The notes: a model not told the origin generated them from the sequence alone. Positions 24,215-41,400 are shown, counted from the stretch's first letter. The stretch is DNA of 64,000 nucleotides from Eledone cirrhosa (GCA_964016885.1 OZ024743.1:318122001-318186000), one strand, 5' to 3'. Made by a program: numbers and translations.

Positions 24215-27200
24215 CTGTATGTCAGGGACTATAGACAATAGCAGCAATGCTAATCTATATGATACTGTATGTCAGGGACTATAGACAATAGCACCAATGC
24301 TAATCTATATGATGCTGTATGTCAGGGACTATAGACAATAGCACCAATGCTAATCTATATGATGTTGTATGTCAGGGACTATAGACAATAGCACCAATGC
24401 TAATCTATATGATGTTGTATGTCAGGGACTATAGACAACACCACCAATGCTAGTCTATATGATGTTGTATGTCAGGGACTATAGACAATAGCACCAATGC
24501 TAATCTATATGATACTGTATGTCAGGGACTATAGACAATAGCACCAATGCTAATCTATATGATGTAGTATGTCAGGGACTATGGACAACACCACCAATGC
24601 TAATCTATATGATACTGTATGTCAGGGACTATAGACAATAGCACCAATGCTAATCTATATGATGTTGTATGTCAGGGACTATAGACAACACCACCAATGC
24701 TAATCTATATGATACTGTATGTCAGGGACTATAGACAATAGCACCAATGCTAATCTATATGATACTGTATGTCAGGGACTATAGACAACACCACCAATGT
24801 TAATCTATATCATACTGTATGTCAGGGACTATAGACAACACCACCAATGCTTATCTGTATGATGCTGTATGTCAGGGACTATAGACAATAGCACCAATGC
24901 TAATCTATATCATACTGTATGTCAGGGACTGTAGACAATAGCACCAATGCTAATCTATATGATGCTGTATGTCAGGGACTATAGACAATAGCACCAATGC
25001 TAATCTATATGATGTTGTATGTCAGGAACTATAGACAATAGCACCAATGCCTATCTATATGATACTGTATGTCAGGGACTATTGACAATAGCACCAATGC
25101 CTATCTATATGATACTGTATGTCAGGGACTATAGACAATAGCACAAATGCTAATCTATATCATACTGTATGTCAGGGACTGTAGACAATAGCACCAATGC
25201 TAATCTATATGATGCTGTATGTCAGGGACTATAGACAATAGCACCAATGCTAATCTATATGATGTTGTGTGTCAGGGACTATAGACAATGGCCCCAATGC
25301 TAATCTATATGATGTTGTATGTCAGGGACTATAGACAATAGCACCAATGCTAATCTATATGATGCTGTATGTCAGGGACTATAGACAATAGTACCAATGC
25401 TAATCTATATGATACTGTGTGTCAGGGACTATAGACAATAGCACCAATGCTAATCTATATGATGCTGTATGTCAGGGACTATAGACAATAGCACCAATGC
25501 TAATCTATATGATGTTGTGTGTCAGGGACTATAGACAATGGCCCCAATGCTAATCTATATGATGTTGTATGTCAGGGACTATAGACAATAGCACCAATGC
25601 TAATCTATATGATGCTGTATGTCAGGGACTATAGACAATAGTACCAATGCTAATCTATATGATACTGTATGTCAGGGACTATAGACAATAGCACCAATGC
25701 TAATCTATATGATGCTGTATGTCAGGGACTATAGACAATAGCACCAATGCTAATCTATATGATACTGTATGTCAGGGACTATAGACAATAGCACCAATGC
25801 TAATCTATATGATGTTGTATGTCAGGGACTATAGACAATAGCACCAATGCTAATCTATATGATACTGTATGTCAGGGACTATAGACAATAGCACCAATGC
25901 TAATCTATATGATGTTATATGTCAGGGACTATAGACAATAGCACCAATGCTAATCTATATGATACTGTATGTCAGGGACTATAGACAATAGCACCAATGC
26001 TAATCTATATGATGTTGTATGTCAGGGACTATAGACAATAGCACCAATGCTAATCTATATATTGTATGCCAGGGACTATAGACAATAGCACCAATGCTAA
26101 TCTATATATTGTATGCCAGGGACTATAGACAATAGCACCAATGCTAATCTATATGATGCTGTATGTCAGGGACTATAGACAATAGCACCAATGCTAATCT
26201 ATATGATACTGTATGTCAGGGACTATAGACAATAGCACCAATGCTAATCTATATGATGTTGTATGTCAGGGACTATAGACAATAGAACCAATGCTAATCT
26301 ATATGATACTGTATGTCACGGACTATGGACAACACCACCAATGCTAATCTATATGATACTGTATGTCAGGGACTATAGACAATAGCAGCAATGCTAATCT
26401 ATATGATACTGTATGTCAGGGACTATAGACAATAGCACCAATGCTAATCTATATGATGCTGTATGTCAGGGACTATAGACAATAGCACCAATGCTAATCT
26501 ATATGATGTTGTATGTCAGGGACTATAGACAATAGCACCAATGCTAATCTATATGATGTTGTATGTCAGGGACTATAGACAACACCACCAATGCTAGTCT
26601 ATATGATGTTGTATGTCAGGGACTATAGACAATAGCACCAATGCTAATCTATATGATACTGTATGTCAGGGACTATAGACAATAGCACCAATGCTAATCT
26701 ATATGATGTAGTATGTCAGGGACTATGGACAACACCACCAATGCTAATCTATATGATACTGTATGTCAGGGACTATAGACAATAGCACCAATGCTAATCT
26801 ATATGATGTTGTATGTCAGGGACTATAGACAACACCACCAATGCTAATCTATATGATACTGTATGTCAGGGACTATAGACAATAGCACCAATGCTAATCT
26901 ATATGATACTGTATGTCAGGGACTATAGACAACACCACCAATGTTAATCTATATCATACTGTATGTCAGGGACTATAGACAACACCACCAATGCTTATCT
27001 GTATGATGCTGTATGTCAGGGACTATAGACAATAGCACCAATGCTAATCTATATCATACTGTATGTCAGGGACTGTAGACAATAGCACCAATGCTAATCT
27101 ATATGATGCTGTATGTCAGGGACTATAGACAATAGCACCAATGCTAATCTATATGATGTTGTATGTCAGGAACTATAGACAATAGCACCAATGCCTATCT

Positions 27201-28527
27201 ATATGATACTGTATGTCAGGGACTATTGACAATAGCACCAATGCCTATCTATATGATACTGTATGTCAGGGACTATAGACAATAGCACAAATGCTAATCT
27301 ATATCATACTGTATGTCAGGGACTGTAGACAATAGCACCAATGCTAATCTATATGATGCTGTATGTCAGGGACTATAGACAATAGCACCAATGCTAATCT
27401 ATATGATGTTGTGTGTCAGGGACTATAGACAATGGCCCCAATGCTAATCTATATGATGTTGTATGTCAGGGACTATAGACAATAGCACCAATGCTAATCT
27501 ATATGATGCTGTATGTCAGGGACTATAGACAATAGTACCAATGCTAATCTATATGATACTGTGTGTCAGGGACTATAGACAATAGCACCAATGCTAATCT
27601 ATATGATGCTGTATGTCAGGGACTATAGACAATAGCACCAATGCTAATCTATATGATGTTGTGTGTCAGGGACTATAGACAATGGCCCCAATGCTAATCT
27701 ATATGATGTTGTATGTCAGGGACTATAGACAATAGCACCAATGCTAATCTATATGATGCTGTATGTCAGGGACTATAGACAATAGTACCAATGCTAATCT
27801 ATATGATACTGTATGTCAGGGACTATAGACAATAGCACCAATGCTAATCTATATGATGCTGTATGTCAGGGACTATAGACAATAGCACCAATGCTAATCT
27901 ATATGATACTGTATGTCAGGGACTATAGACAATAGCACCAATGCTAATCTATATGATGTTGTATGTCAGGGACTATAGACAATAGCACCAATGCTAATCT
28001 ATATGATACTGTATGTCAGGGACTATAGACAATAGCACCAATGCTAATCTATATGATGTTATATGTCAGGGACTATAGACAATAGCACCAATGCTAATCT
28101 ATATGATACTGTATGTCAGGGACTATAGACAATAGCACCAATGCTAATCTATATGATGTTGTATGTCAGGGACTATAGACAATAGCACCAATGCTAATCT
28201 ATATATTGTATGCCAGGGACTATAGACAATAGCACCAATGCTAATCTATATATTGTATGCCAGGGACTATAGACAATAGCACCAATGCTAATCTATATGA
28301 TGCTGTATGTCAGGGACTATAGACAATAGCACCAATGCTAATCTATATGATACTGTATGTCAGGGACTATAGACAATAGCACCAATGCTAATCTATATGA
28401 TGTTGTATGTCAGGGACTATAGACAATAGAACCAATGCTAATCTATATGATACTGTATGTCACGGACTATGGACAACACCACCAATGCTAATCTATATGA
28501 TACTGTATGTCAGGGACTATAGACAAC
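24215..28527. repeat. Higher-order tandem duplication, 2144-bp period (43 monomers including two 47-mers, x2)
   Basis: GCAGCA 24241/26385, TAGTCT 24451/26595 and AATAGAACC 26281/28425 are all 2144 bp apart. The TATTGAC, ATGGCCCC and paired 47-mer markers are repeated in the same order. Confidence 0.92.
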
Positions 28528-29550
28528 ACCACCAATGCTAATCTATATGATACTGTATGTCAGGGACTATAGACAATAGCACCAATGCTAATCTATATGA
28601 TGCTGTATGTCAGGGACTATAGACAATAGCACCAATGCTAATCTATATGATGCTGTATGTCAGGTACTATAGACAATAGCACCAATGCTAATCTATATGA
28701 TGTTGTATGTCACGGACTATGGACAACACCACCAATGCTAATCTATATGATACTGTATGTCAGGGACTATAGACAATAGCACCAATGCTAATCTATATGA
28801 TACTGTATGTCAGGGACTGTAGACAATAGCACCAATGCTAATCTATATGATGTTGTATGTCAGGAACTATAGACAATAGCACCAATGCTAATCTATATGA
28901 TGTTGTATGTCAGAGACTATAGACAATAGCACCAATGCTAATCTATATGATGTTGTATGTCAGGGACTATAGACAACACCACCAATGCTATTCTATATGA
29001 TGTTGTATGTCAGGAACTATAGACAATAGCACCAATGCTAATCTATATGATGTTGTATGTCAGAGACTATAGACAATAGCACCAATGCTAATCTATATGA
29101 TGTTGTATGTCAGGGACTATAGACAATAGCACCAATGCTGATCTATATGATGCTGTATGTCAGATACTATAGACAATATCACCAATGCTGATCTATATGA
29201 TGTTGTATGTCAGGGACTATAGACAATAGCACCAATGCTGATCTATATGATGCTGTATGTCAGGTACTATAGACAATATCACCAATGCTGATCTATATGA
29301 TGTTGTATGTCAGGGACTATAGACAGTAGCACCAATGCTCATCTATATGATATTGTATGTCAGGTACTATAGACAATATCACCAATGCTGATCTATATGA
29401 TGTTGTATGTCAGGGACTATAGACAGTAGCACCAATGCTCATCTATATGATATTGTATGTCAGGTACTATAGACAATAGCACCAATGCTAATCTATATGA
29501 TACTGTATGTTAGGGACTATCGACAATAGCACCAATGCTAATCAATATGG

Positions 29551-32500
29551 TACTGTATGTCAGGGACTATAGACAATAGCACCAATGCCTATCTATATGA
29601 TGTTGTATGTCAGGGACTATAGACAATAGCACCAATGCCTATCTATATGATACTGTATGTCAGGGACTATAGACAATAGCACCAATGCTAATCTATATGA
29701 TACTGTATGTCAGGGACTATAGACAATAGCACCAATGCCTATCTATATGATACTGTATGTCAGGGACTATAGACAATAGCACCAATGCTAATCTATATGA
29801 TACTGTATGTCAGGGACTATAGACAATAGCACCAATGCTAATCTATATGATGCTGTATGTCAGGGACTATAGACAATAGCACCAATGCTAATCTATATGA
29901 TGTTATATATCAGGGACTATAGACAATAGCACCAATGCTAAGCTATATGATACTGTATGTCAGGGACTATGGACAATAGCACCAATGCTAATCTATATGA
30001 TCCTGTATGTCAGGGACTATAGACAATAGCACCAATGCTAATCTATATGATGTTATATATCAGGGACTATAGACAATAGCACCAATGCTAAGCTATATGA
30101 TACTGTATGTCAGGGACTATAGACAATAGCACCAATGCTAATCTATATGATACTGTATGTCAGGGACTATAGACAATAGCACAAATGCTAATCTATATGA
30201 TACTGTATGTCAGGGACTATAGACAATAGCACCAATGCTAATCTATATGATACTGTATGTCAGGGACTATAGACAATAGCACCAATGCTAATCTATATGA
30301 TGCAGTATGTCAGGGACTATAGACAATAGCACCAATGCTAATCTATATGATGTTGTATGTCAGGGACTATAGACAATAGCACCAATGCTAATCTATATGA
30401 TACTGTATGTCAGGGACTATAGACAATAGCACCAATGCCTATCTATATGATGTTGTATGTCAGGGACTATAGACAATAGCACCAATGCCTATCTATATGA
30501 TGTTGTATGTCAGGAACTATAGACAATATCACCAATGCTGATCTATATGATGTTGTATGTCAGGGACTATAGACAATAGCACCAATGCTAATCTATATCA
30601 TACTGTATGTCAGGGACTGTAGACAATAGCACCAATGCTAATCTATATGATGCTGTATGTAAGGGACTATAGACAATAGCACCAATGCTAATCTATATGA
30701 TGTTGTATGTCAGGAACTATAGACAATAGCACCAATGCCTATCTATATGATACTGTATGTCAGGGACTATTGACAATAGCACCAATGCCTATCTATATGA
30801 TACTGTATGTCAGGGACTATAGACAATAGCACCAATGCTAATCTATATGATACTGTATGTCAGGGACTGTAGACAATAGCACCAATGCTAATCTATATGA
30901 TGCTGTATGTCAGGGACTATAGACAATAGCACCAATGCTAATCTATATGATGTTGTATGTCAGGGACTATAGACAGTAGCACCAATGCTAATCTATATGA
31001 TGTTGTATGTCAGGGACTATAGACAATAGCACCAATGCTAATCTATATATTGTATGCCAGGGACTATAGACAATAGCAGCAATGCTAATCTATATGATAC
31101 TGTATGTCAGGGACTATGAACAACACCACCAATGCTAATCTATATGATGTTGTATGTCAGGGACTATAGACAACACCACCAATGCTAATCTATATGATGC
31201 TGTATGTCAGGGACTATAGACAATAGCACCAATGCTAATCTATATGATACTGTATGTCAGGGACTATAGACAATAGCACCAATGCTAATCTATATGATGC
31301 TGTATGTCAGGGACTATAGGCAACACCACCAATGCTAATCTATATGATGTTGTATGTCAGGGACTATAGACAACACCACCAATGCTAATCTATATGATGC
31401 TGTATGTCAGGGACTATAGACAACACCACCAATGCTTATCTGTATGATGCTGTATGTCAGGGACTATAGACAATAGCACCAATGCTAATCTATATGATGC
31501 TGTATGTCAGGGACTATAGACAATAGCACCAATGCTAATCTATATGATACTGTATGTCAGGGACTGTAGACAATAGCACCAATGCTAATCTATATGATGT
31601 TGTATGTCAGGAACTATAGACAATAGCACCAATGCTAATCTATATGATGTTGTATGTCGGGTACTATAGACAATATCACCAATGCTGATCTATATGATGC
31701 TGTATGTCAGGGACTATAGACAATAGCACCAATGCTAATCTATATGATGTTGTATGTCAGGGACTATAGATAATAGCACCAATGCTAATCTATATGGTGT
31801 TGTATGTCAGGGACTATAGACAATAGCACCAATGCTAATCTATATGATACTGTATGTCAGGGACTATAGACAATAGCACCAATGCCTATCTATATGATAC
31901 TGTATGTCAGGGACTATAGACAATAGCACCAATGCTAATCTATATCATACTGTATGTCAGGGACTGTAGACAATAGCACCAATGCTAATCTATATGATGC
32001 TGTATGTCAGGGACTATAGACAATAGCACCAATGCGAATCTATATGATGTTGTATGTCAGGGACTATAGACAGTAGCACCAATGCTTATCTATATGATAT
32101 TGTATGTCAGGGACTAGAGACAATAGCACCAATCCGAATCTATATATTGTATGCCAGGGACTATAGACTATAGCACCAATGCTAGTCTATATGATGTTGT
32201 ATGTCAGGGACTATAGATAATAGCACCAATGCTAATCTATATGGTGTTGTATGTCAGGGACTTTAGACAATAGCACCAATGCTAATCTATATGATACTGT
32301 ATGTTAGGGACTATCGACAATAGCACCAATGCTAATCAATATGATACTGTATGTCAGGGACTATAGACAATATCACCAATGCTAATCTATATGATACTGT
32401 ATGTCAGGGACTATAGACAATAGCACCAATGCCTATCTATATGATGTTGTATGTCAGGGACTATAGACAATAGCACCAATGCCTATCTATATGATACTGT

Positions 32501-35489
32501 ATGTCAGGGACTATAGACAATAGCACCAATGCTAATCTATATGATACTGTATGTCAGGGACTATAGACAATAGCACCAATGCCTATCTATATGATACTGT
32601 ATGTCAGGGACTATAGACAATAGCACCAATGCTAATCTATATGATACTGTATGTCAGGGACTATAGACAATAGCACCAATGCTAATCTATATGATGCTGT
32701 ATGTCAGGGACTATAGACAATAGCACCAATGCTAATCTATATAATGTTATATATCAGGGACTATAGACAATAGCACCAATGCTAAGCTATATGATACTGT
32801 ATGTCAGGGACTATAGACAATAGCACCAATGCTAATCTATATGATCCTGTATGTCAGGGACTATAGACAATAGCACCAATGCTAATCTATATGATGTTAT
32901 ATATCAGGGACTATAGACAATAGCACCAATGCTAAGCTATATGATACTGTATGTCAGGGACTATAGACAATAGCACCAATGCTAATCTATATGATACTGT
33001 ATGTCAGGGACTATAGACAATAGCACAAATGCTAATCTATATGATACTGTATGTCAGGGACTATAGACAATAGCACCAATGCTAATCTATATGATACTGT
33101 ATGTCAGGGACTATAGACAATAGCACCAATGCTAATCTATATGATGCAGTATGTCAGGGACTATAGACAATAGCACCAATGCTAATCTATATGATGTTGT
33201 ATGTCAGGGACTATAGACAATAGCACCAATGCTAATCTATATGATACTGTATGTCAGGGACTATAGACAATAGCACCAATGCCTATCTATATGATGTTGT
33301 ATGTCAGGGACTATAGACAATAGCACCAATGCCTATCTATATGATGTTGTATGTCAGGAACTATAGACAATATCACCAATGCTGATCTATATGATGTTGT
33401 ATGTCAGGGACTATAGACAATAGCACCAATGCTAATCTATATCATACTGTATGTCAGGGACTGTAGACAATAGCACCAATGCTAATCTATATGATGCTGT
33501 ATGTAAGGGACTATAGACAATAGCACCAATGCTAATCTATATGATGTTGTATGTCAGGAACTATAGACAATAGCACCAATGCCTATCTATATGATACTGT
33601 ATGTCAGGGACTATTGACAATAGCACCAATGCCTATCTATATGATACTGTATGTCAGGGACTATAGACAATAGCACCAATGCTAATCTATATGATACTGT
33701 ATGTCAGGGACTGTAGACAATAGCACCAATGCTAATCTATATGATGCTGTATGTCAGGGACTATAGACAATAGCACCAATGCTAATCTATATGATGTTGT
33801 ATGTCAGGGACTATAGACAGTAGCACCAATGCTAATCTATATGATGTTGTATGTCAGGGACTATAGACAATAGCACCAATGCTAATCTATATATTGTATG
33901 CCAGGGACTATAGACAATAGCAGCAATGCTAATCTATATGATACTGTATGTCAGGGACTATGAACAACACCACCAATGCTAATCTATATGATGTTGTATG
34001 TCAGGGACTATAGACAACACCACCAATGCTAATCTATATGATGCTGTATGTCAGGGACTATAGACAATAGCACCAATGCTAATCTATATGATACTGTATG
34101 TCAGGGACTATAGACAATAGCACCAATGCTAATCTATATGATGCTGTATGTCAGGGACTATAGGCAACACCACCAATGCTAATCTATATGATGTTGTATG
34201 TCAGGGACTATAGACAACACCACCAATGCTAATCTATATGATGCTGTATGTCAGGGACTATAGACAACACCACCAATGCTTATCTGTATGATGCTGTATG
34301 TCAGGGACTATAGACAATAGCACCAATGCTAATCTATATGATGCTGTATGTCAGGGACTATAGACAATAGCACCAATGCTAATCTATATGATACTGTATG
34401 TCAGGGACTGTAGACAATAGCACCAATGCTAATCTATATGATGTTGTATGTCAGGAACTATAGACAATAGCACCAATGCTAATCTATATGATGTTGTATG
34501 TCGGGTACTATAGACAATATCACCAATGCTGATCTGTATGATGCTGTATGTCAGGGACTATAGACAATAGCACCAATGCTAATCTATATGATGTTGTATG
34601 TCAGGGACTATAGATAATAGCACCAATGCTAATCTATATGGTGTTGTATGTCAGGGACTATAGACAATAGCACCAATGCTAATCTATATGATACTGTATG
34701 TCAGGGACTATAGACAATAGCACCAATGCCTATCTATATGATACTGTATGTCAGGGACTATAGACAATAGCACCAATGCTAATCTATATCATACTGTATG
34801 TCAGGGACTGTAGACAATAGCACCAATGCTAATCTATATGATGCTGTATGTCAGGGACTATAGACAATAGCACCAATGCGAATCTATATGATGTTGTATG
34901 TCAGGGACTATAGACAGTAGCACCAATGCTTATCTATATGATATTGTATGTCAGGGACTAGAGACAATAGCACCAATCCGAATCTATATATTGTATGCCA
35001 GGGACTATAGACTATAGCACCAATGCTAGTCTATATGATGTTGTATGTCAGGGACTATAGATAATAGCACCAATGCTAATCTATATGGTGTTGTATGTCA
35101 GGGACTTTAGACAATAGCACCAATGCTAATCTATATGATACTGTATGTTAGGGACTATCGACAATAGCACCAATGCTAATCAATATGATACTGTATGTCA
35201 GGGACTATAGACAATATCACCAATGCTAATCTATATGATACTGTATGTCAGGGACTATAGACAATAGCACCAATGCCTATCTATATGATGTTGTATGTCA
35301 GGGACTATAGACAATAGCACCAATGCCTATCTATATGATACTGTATGTCAGGGACTATAGACAATAGCACCAATGCTAATCTATATGATACTGTATGTCA
35401 GGGACTATAGACAATAGCACCAATGCCTATCTATATGATACTGTATGTCAGGGACTATAGACAATAGCACCAATGCTAATCTATATGAT
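29551..35489. repeat. Higher-order tandem duplication, 2844-bp period (57 monomers including two 47-mers, ~x2.1)
   Basis: The following are all 2844 bp apart: AAGGG of GTAAGGG 30661/33505, TGAACAAC 31117/33961, AATCCGAATC 32131/34975 and CGAC of TATCGAC 32315/35159. Confidence 0.92.
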
Positions 35490-38400
35490 GTTGTATGTCA
35501 GGGACTATAGACAGTAGCACCAATGCTTATCTATATGATATTGTATGTCAGGGACTATAGACAATAGCACCAATGCTAATCTATATGATGTTGTATGTCA
35601 GGGACTATAGACAACACCACCAATGCTAATCTATATGATGTTGTATGTCAGGGACTATAGACAATAGCACCAATGCTAATCTATATGATGCTGTATGTCA
35701 GGGACTATAGACAATAGCACCAATGCTAATCTATATGATGCTGTATGTCAGGGACTATAGACAACACCACCAATGCTAATCTATATGATACTGTATGTCA
35801 GGGACTATAGACAATAGCACCAATGCCTATCTATATGATACTGTATGTCAGGGACTATAGACAATAGCACCAATGCTAATCTATATGATACTGTATGTCA
35901 GGGACTATAGACAATAGCACCAATGCTAATCTATATGATGTTGTATGTCAGGGACTATAGACAATAGCACCAATGCCTATCTATATGATACTGTATGTCA
36001 GGGACTATAGACAATAGCACCAATGCTAATCTATATGATACTGTATGTCAGGGACTATAGACAATAGCACCAATGCTAATCTATATGATGCTGTATGTCA
36101 GGGACTATAGACAATAGCACCAATGCTAATCTATATGATGTTGTATGTCAGGGACTATAGACAGTAGCACCAATGCTAATCTATATGATACTGTATGTCA
36201 GGGACTAGAGACAATAGCACCAATGCTAATCTATATGGTACTGTATGTCAGGGACTGTAGACAATAGCACCAATGCTAATCTATATGATGCTGTATGTCA
36301 GGGACTATAGACAATAGCACCAATGCTAATCTATATGATGTTGTATGTCAGGGACTATAGACAATAGCACCAATGCTAATCTATATGATACTGTATGTCA
36401 GGGACTAGAGACAATAGCACCAATGCTAATCTATATGATACTGTATGTAAGGGACTGTAGACAATAGCACCAATGCTAATCTATATGATGTTGTATGTCA
36501 GGGACTATAGACAATAGCACCAATGCTAATCTATGTGATGTTGTATGTCAGGAACTATGGACAATAGCAACAATGCTAATCTATATGATACTGTATGTCA
36601 GGGACTATAGACAATAGCACCAATGCTAATCTATATGATGCTGTATGTCAGGGACTATAGACAATAGCACCAATGCGAATCTATATATTGTATGCCAGGG
36701 ACTATAGACTATAGCACCAATGCTAGTCTATATGATGTTGTATGTCAGGGACTATAGATAATAGCACCAATGCTAATCTATATGGTGTTGTATGTCAGGG
36801 ACTTTAGACAATAGCACCAATGCTAATCTATATGATACTGTATGTTAGGGACTATCGACAATAGCACCAATGCTAATCAATATGATACTGTATGTCAGGG
36901 ACTATAGACAATAGCACCAATGCTAATCAATATGATACTGTATGTCAGGGACTATAGACAATAGCACCAATGCTAATCAATATGATACTGTATGTCAGGG
37001 ACTATAGACAATAGCACCAATGCTAATCAATATGATACTGTATGTCAGGAACTATAGACAATAGCACCAATGCTAATCTATATGATACTGTATGTCAGGG
37101 ACTATAGACAATAGCACCAATGCCTATCTATATGATGTTGTATGTCAGGGACTATAGACAATAGCACCAATGCCTATCTATATGATACTGTATGTCAGGG
37201 ACTATAGACAATAGCACCAATGCTAATCTATATGATACTGTATGTCAGGGACTATAGACAATAGCACCAATGCCTATCTATATGATACTGTATGTCAGGG
37301 ACTATAGACAATAGCACCAATGCTAATCTATATGATGTTGTATGTCAGGGACTATAGACAGTAGCACCAATGCTTATCTATATGATATTGTATGTCAGGG
37401 ACTAGAGACAATAGCACCAATGCGAATCTATATATTGTATGCCAGGGACTATAGACTATAGCACCAATGCTAGTCTATATGATGTTGTATGTCAGGGACT
37501 ATAGACAATAGCACCAATGCCTATCTATATGATACTGTATGTCATGGACTATAGACAATAGCACCAATGCTAATCTATATGATACTGTATGTCAGGGACT
37601 ATAGACAATAGCACCAATGCTAATCTATATGATGCTGTATGTCAGGGACTATAGACAATAGCACCAATGCTAATCTATATGATGTTGTATGTCAGAGACT
37701 ATAGATAATAGCACCAATGCTAGTCTATATGGTGTTGTATGTCAGGGACTATAGACAATAGCACCAATGCTAATCTATATGATGTTGTATGTCAGGGACT
37801 ATAGACAACAGCACCAATGCTAATCTATATGATGTTGTATGTCAGGGACTATAGACAATACCACCATTGCTAATCTATATGATACTGTATGTCAGGGACT
37901 ATAGACAATAGCACCAATGCTAATCTATATGATGCTGTATGTCAGGGACTATAGACAATAGCACCAATGCTAATCTATATGATGCTGTATGTCAGGGACT
38001 ATAGACAACACCACCAATGCTAATCTATATGATGTTGTATGTCAGGGACTATAGACAATACCACCATTGCTAATCTATATGATACTGTATGTCAGGGACT
38101 ATAGACAATAGCACCAATGCTAATCTATATGATGTTGTATGTCAGAGACTATAGACAATAGCACCAATGCTAATCTATATGATGTTGTATGTCAGAGACT
38201 ATAGACAATAGCACCAATGCTAATCTATATGATGCAGTATGTCAGGGACTATAGACAATAGCACCAATGCCTATCTATATGATGTTGTATGTCAGGGACT
38301 ATAGACAATAGCACCAATGCTAAGCTATATGATACTGTATGTCAGGGACTATAGACAATAGCACCAATGCTAATCTATATGATGCTGTATGTCAGGGACT

Positions 38401-41400
38401 ATAGACAATAGCACCAATGCTGATCTATATGATACTGTATGTCAGGGACTATAGACAATAGCACCAATGCTAATCTATATGATACTGTATGTCAGGGACT
38501 GTAGACAATAGCACCAATGCTAATCTATATGATGTTGTATGTCAGGAACTATAGACAATAGCACCAATGCTAATCTATATGATGCTGTATGTCAGGTACT
38601 ATAGACAATATCACCAATGCTGATCTATATGATGTTGTATGTCAGGGACTATAGACAATAGCACCAATGCTAATCTATATGATGTTGTATGTCAGGGACT
38701 ATAGACAATAGCACCAATGCTAATCTATATGATACTGTATGTTAGGGACTATAGACAATAGCACCAATGCTAATCTATATGATACTGTATGTCAGGGACT
38801 ATAGACAATAGCACCAATGCCTATCTATATGATGTTGTATGTCAGGGACTATAGACAATAGCACCAATGCCTATCTATATGATACTGTATGTCAGGGACT
38901 ATAGACAATAGCACCAATGCTAATCTATATGATACTGTATGTCAGGGACTATAGACAATAGCACCAATGCTAATCTATATGATGCTGTATGTCAGGGACT
39001 ATAGACAATAGCACCAATGCTAATCTATATGATGTTGTATGTCAGGGACTATAGACAGTAGCACCAATGCTAATCTATATGATACTGTATGTCAGGGACT
39101 AGAGACAATAGCACCAATGCTAATCTATATGGTACTGTATGTCAGGGACTATAGACAATAGCACCAATGCTAATCTATGTGATGTTGTATGTCAGGAACT
39201 ATGGACAATAGCAACAATGCTAATCTATATGATACTGTATGTCAGGGACTATAGACAATAGCACCAATGCTAATCTATATGATGCTGTATGTCAGGGACT
39301 ATAGACAATAGCACAAATGCTAATCTATATGATACTGTATGTCAGGGACTATAGACAACACCACCAATGCTAATCTATATGATGTTGTATGTCAGGGACT
39401 ATAGACAACACCACCAATGCTATTCTATATGATGCTGTATGTCAGGGACTATAGACAATAGCACCAATGCTAATCTATATGATGCTGTATGTCAGGGACT
39501 ATAGACAATAGCACCAATGCTAATCTATATGATACTGTATGTCAGGGACTATAGACAACACCACCAATGCTAATCTATATGATACTGTATGTCAGGGACT
39601 ATGGACAACACCACCAATGCTAATCTATATGATACTGTATGTCAGGGACTATAGACAACACCACCAATGCTAATCTATATGATGTTGTATGTCAGGGACT
39701 ATAGACAACACCACCAATGCTATTCTATATGATGCTGTATGTCAGGGACTATAGACGATAGCACCAATGCTAATCTATATGATGTTGTATGTCAGGGACT
39801 ATAGACAATCGCACAAATGCTAATCTATATGATGTTGTATGTCAGGGACTAGAGACAATAGCACCAATGCTAATCTATATGATGTTGTATGTCAGGGACT
39901 ATAGACAATAGCACCAATGCTAATCTATATGATGTTGTATGTCAGGTACTATAGACAACACCACCAATGCTAATCTATATGATGTTGTATGTCAGAGACT
40001 ATAGACAATAGCACCAATGCTAATCTATATGATGTTGTATGTCAGAGACTATAGACAATAGCACCAATGCTAATCTATATGATGTTGTATGTCAGAGACT
40101 ATAGACAATAGCACCAATGCTAATCTATATTATGCAGTATGTCAGGGACTATAGACAATAGCACCAATGCTAATCTATATGATGTTATATATCAGGGACT
40201 ATAGACAATAGCACCAATGCTAAGCTATATGATACTGTATGTCAGGGACTATAGACAATAGCACCAATGCTAATCTATATGATGCTGTATGTCAGGGACT
40301 ATAGACAATAGCACAAATGCTAATCTATATGATACTGTATGTCAGGGACTATAGACAATAGCACCAATTCTAATCCATATGATGTTGTATGTCAGGAACT
40401 ATAGACAATAGCACCAATGCTAATCTATATGATACTGTATGTTAGGGACTATAGACAATAGCACCAATGCCTATCTATATGATACTGTATGTCACGGACT
40501 ATAGACAATAGCACTAATGCTAATCTATATGATACTGTATGTCAGGGACTGTAGACAATAACACCAATGCTAATCTATATGATGTTGTATGTCAGGAACT
40601 ATAGACAATAGCACCAATGCTAATCTATATGATGCTGTATGTCAGGTACTATAGACAATATCACCAATGCTGATCTATATGATGTTGTATGTCAGGGACT
40701 ATAGACAATAGCACCAATGCTAATCTATATGATACTGTATGTCAGGTACTATAGACAATAGTACCAATGCTAATCTATATGATACTGTATGTCAGGTACT
40801 ATAGACAATAGCACCAATGCTAATCTATATGATGTTGTATGTCAGGGACTATAGACAATAGCACCAATGCTAATCTATATGATACTGTATGTTAGGGACT
40901 ATAGACAATAGCACCAATGCTAATCTATATGATACTGTATGTCAGGGACTATAGACAATAGCACCAATGCCTATCTATATGATGTTGTATGTCAGGGACT
41001 ATAGACAATAGCACCAATGCCTATCTATATGATACTGTATGTCAGGGACTATAGACAATAGCACCAATGCTAATCTATATGATACTGTATGTCAGGGACT
41101 ATAGACAATAGCACCAATGCTAATCTATATGATGTTGTATGTCAGGGACTATAGACAATAGCACCAATGCTAATCTATATGATGTTGTATGTCAGGAACT
41201 ATAGACAATAGCACCAATGCTAATCTATATATTGTATGCCAGGGTCTATAGACAATAGCAGCAATGCTAATCTATATGATGCTGTATGTCAGGTACTATA
41301 GACAATAGCACCAATGCTAATCTATATGATACTGTATGTCAGGGACTATGGACAATAGCACCAATGCTAATCTATATGATACTGTATGTCAGGGACTATA

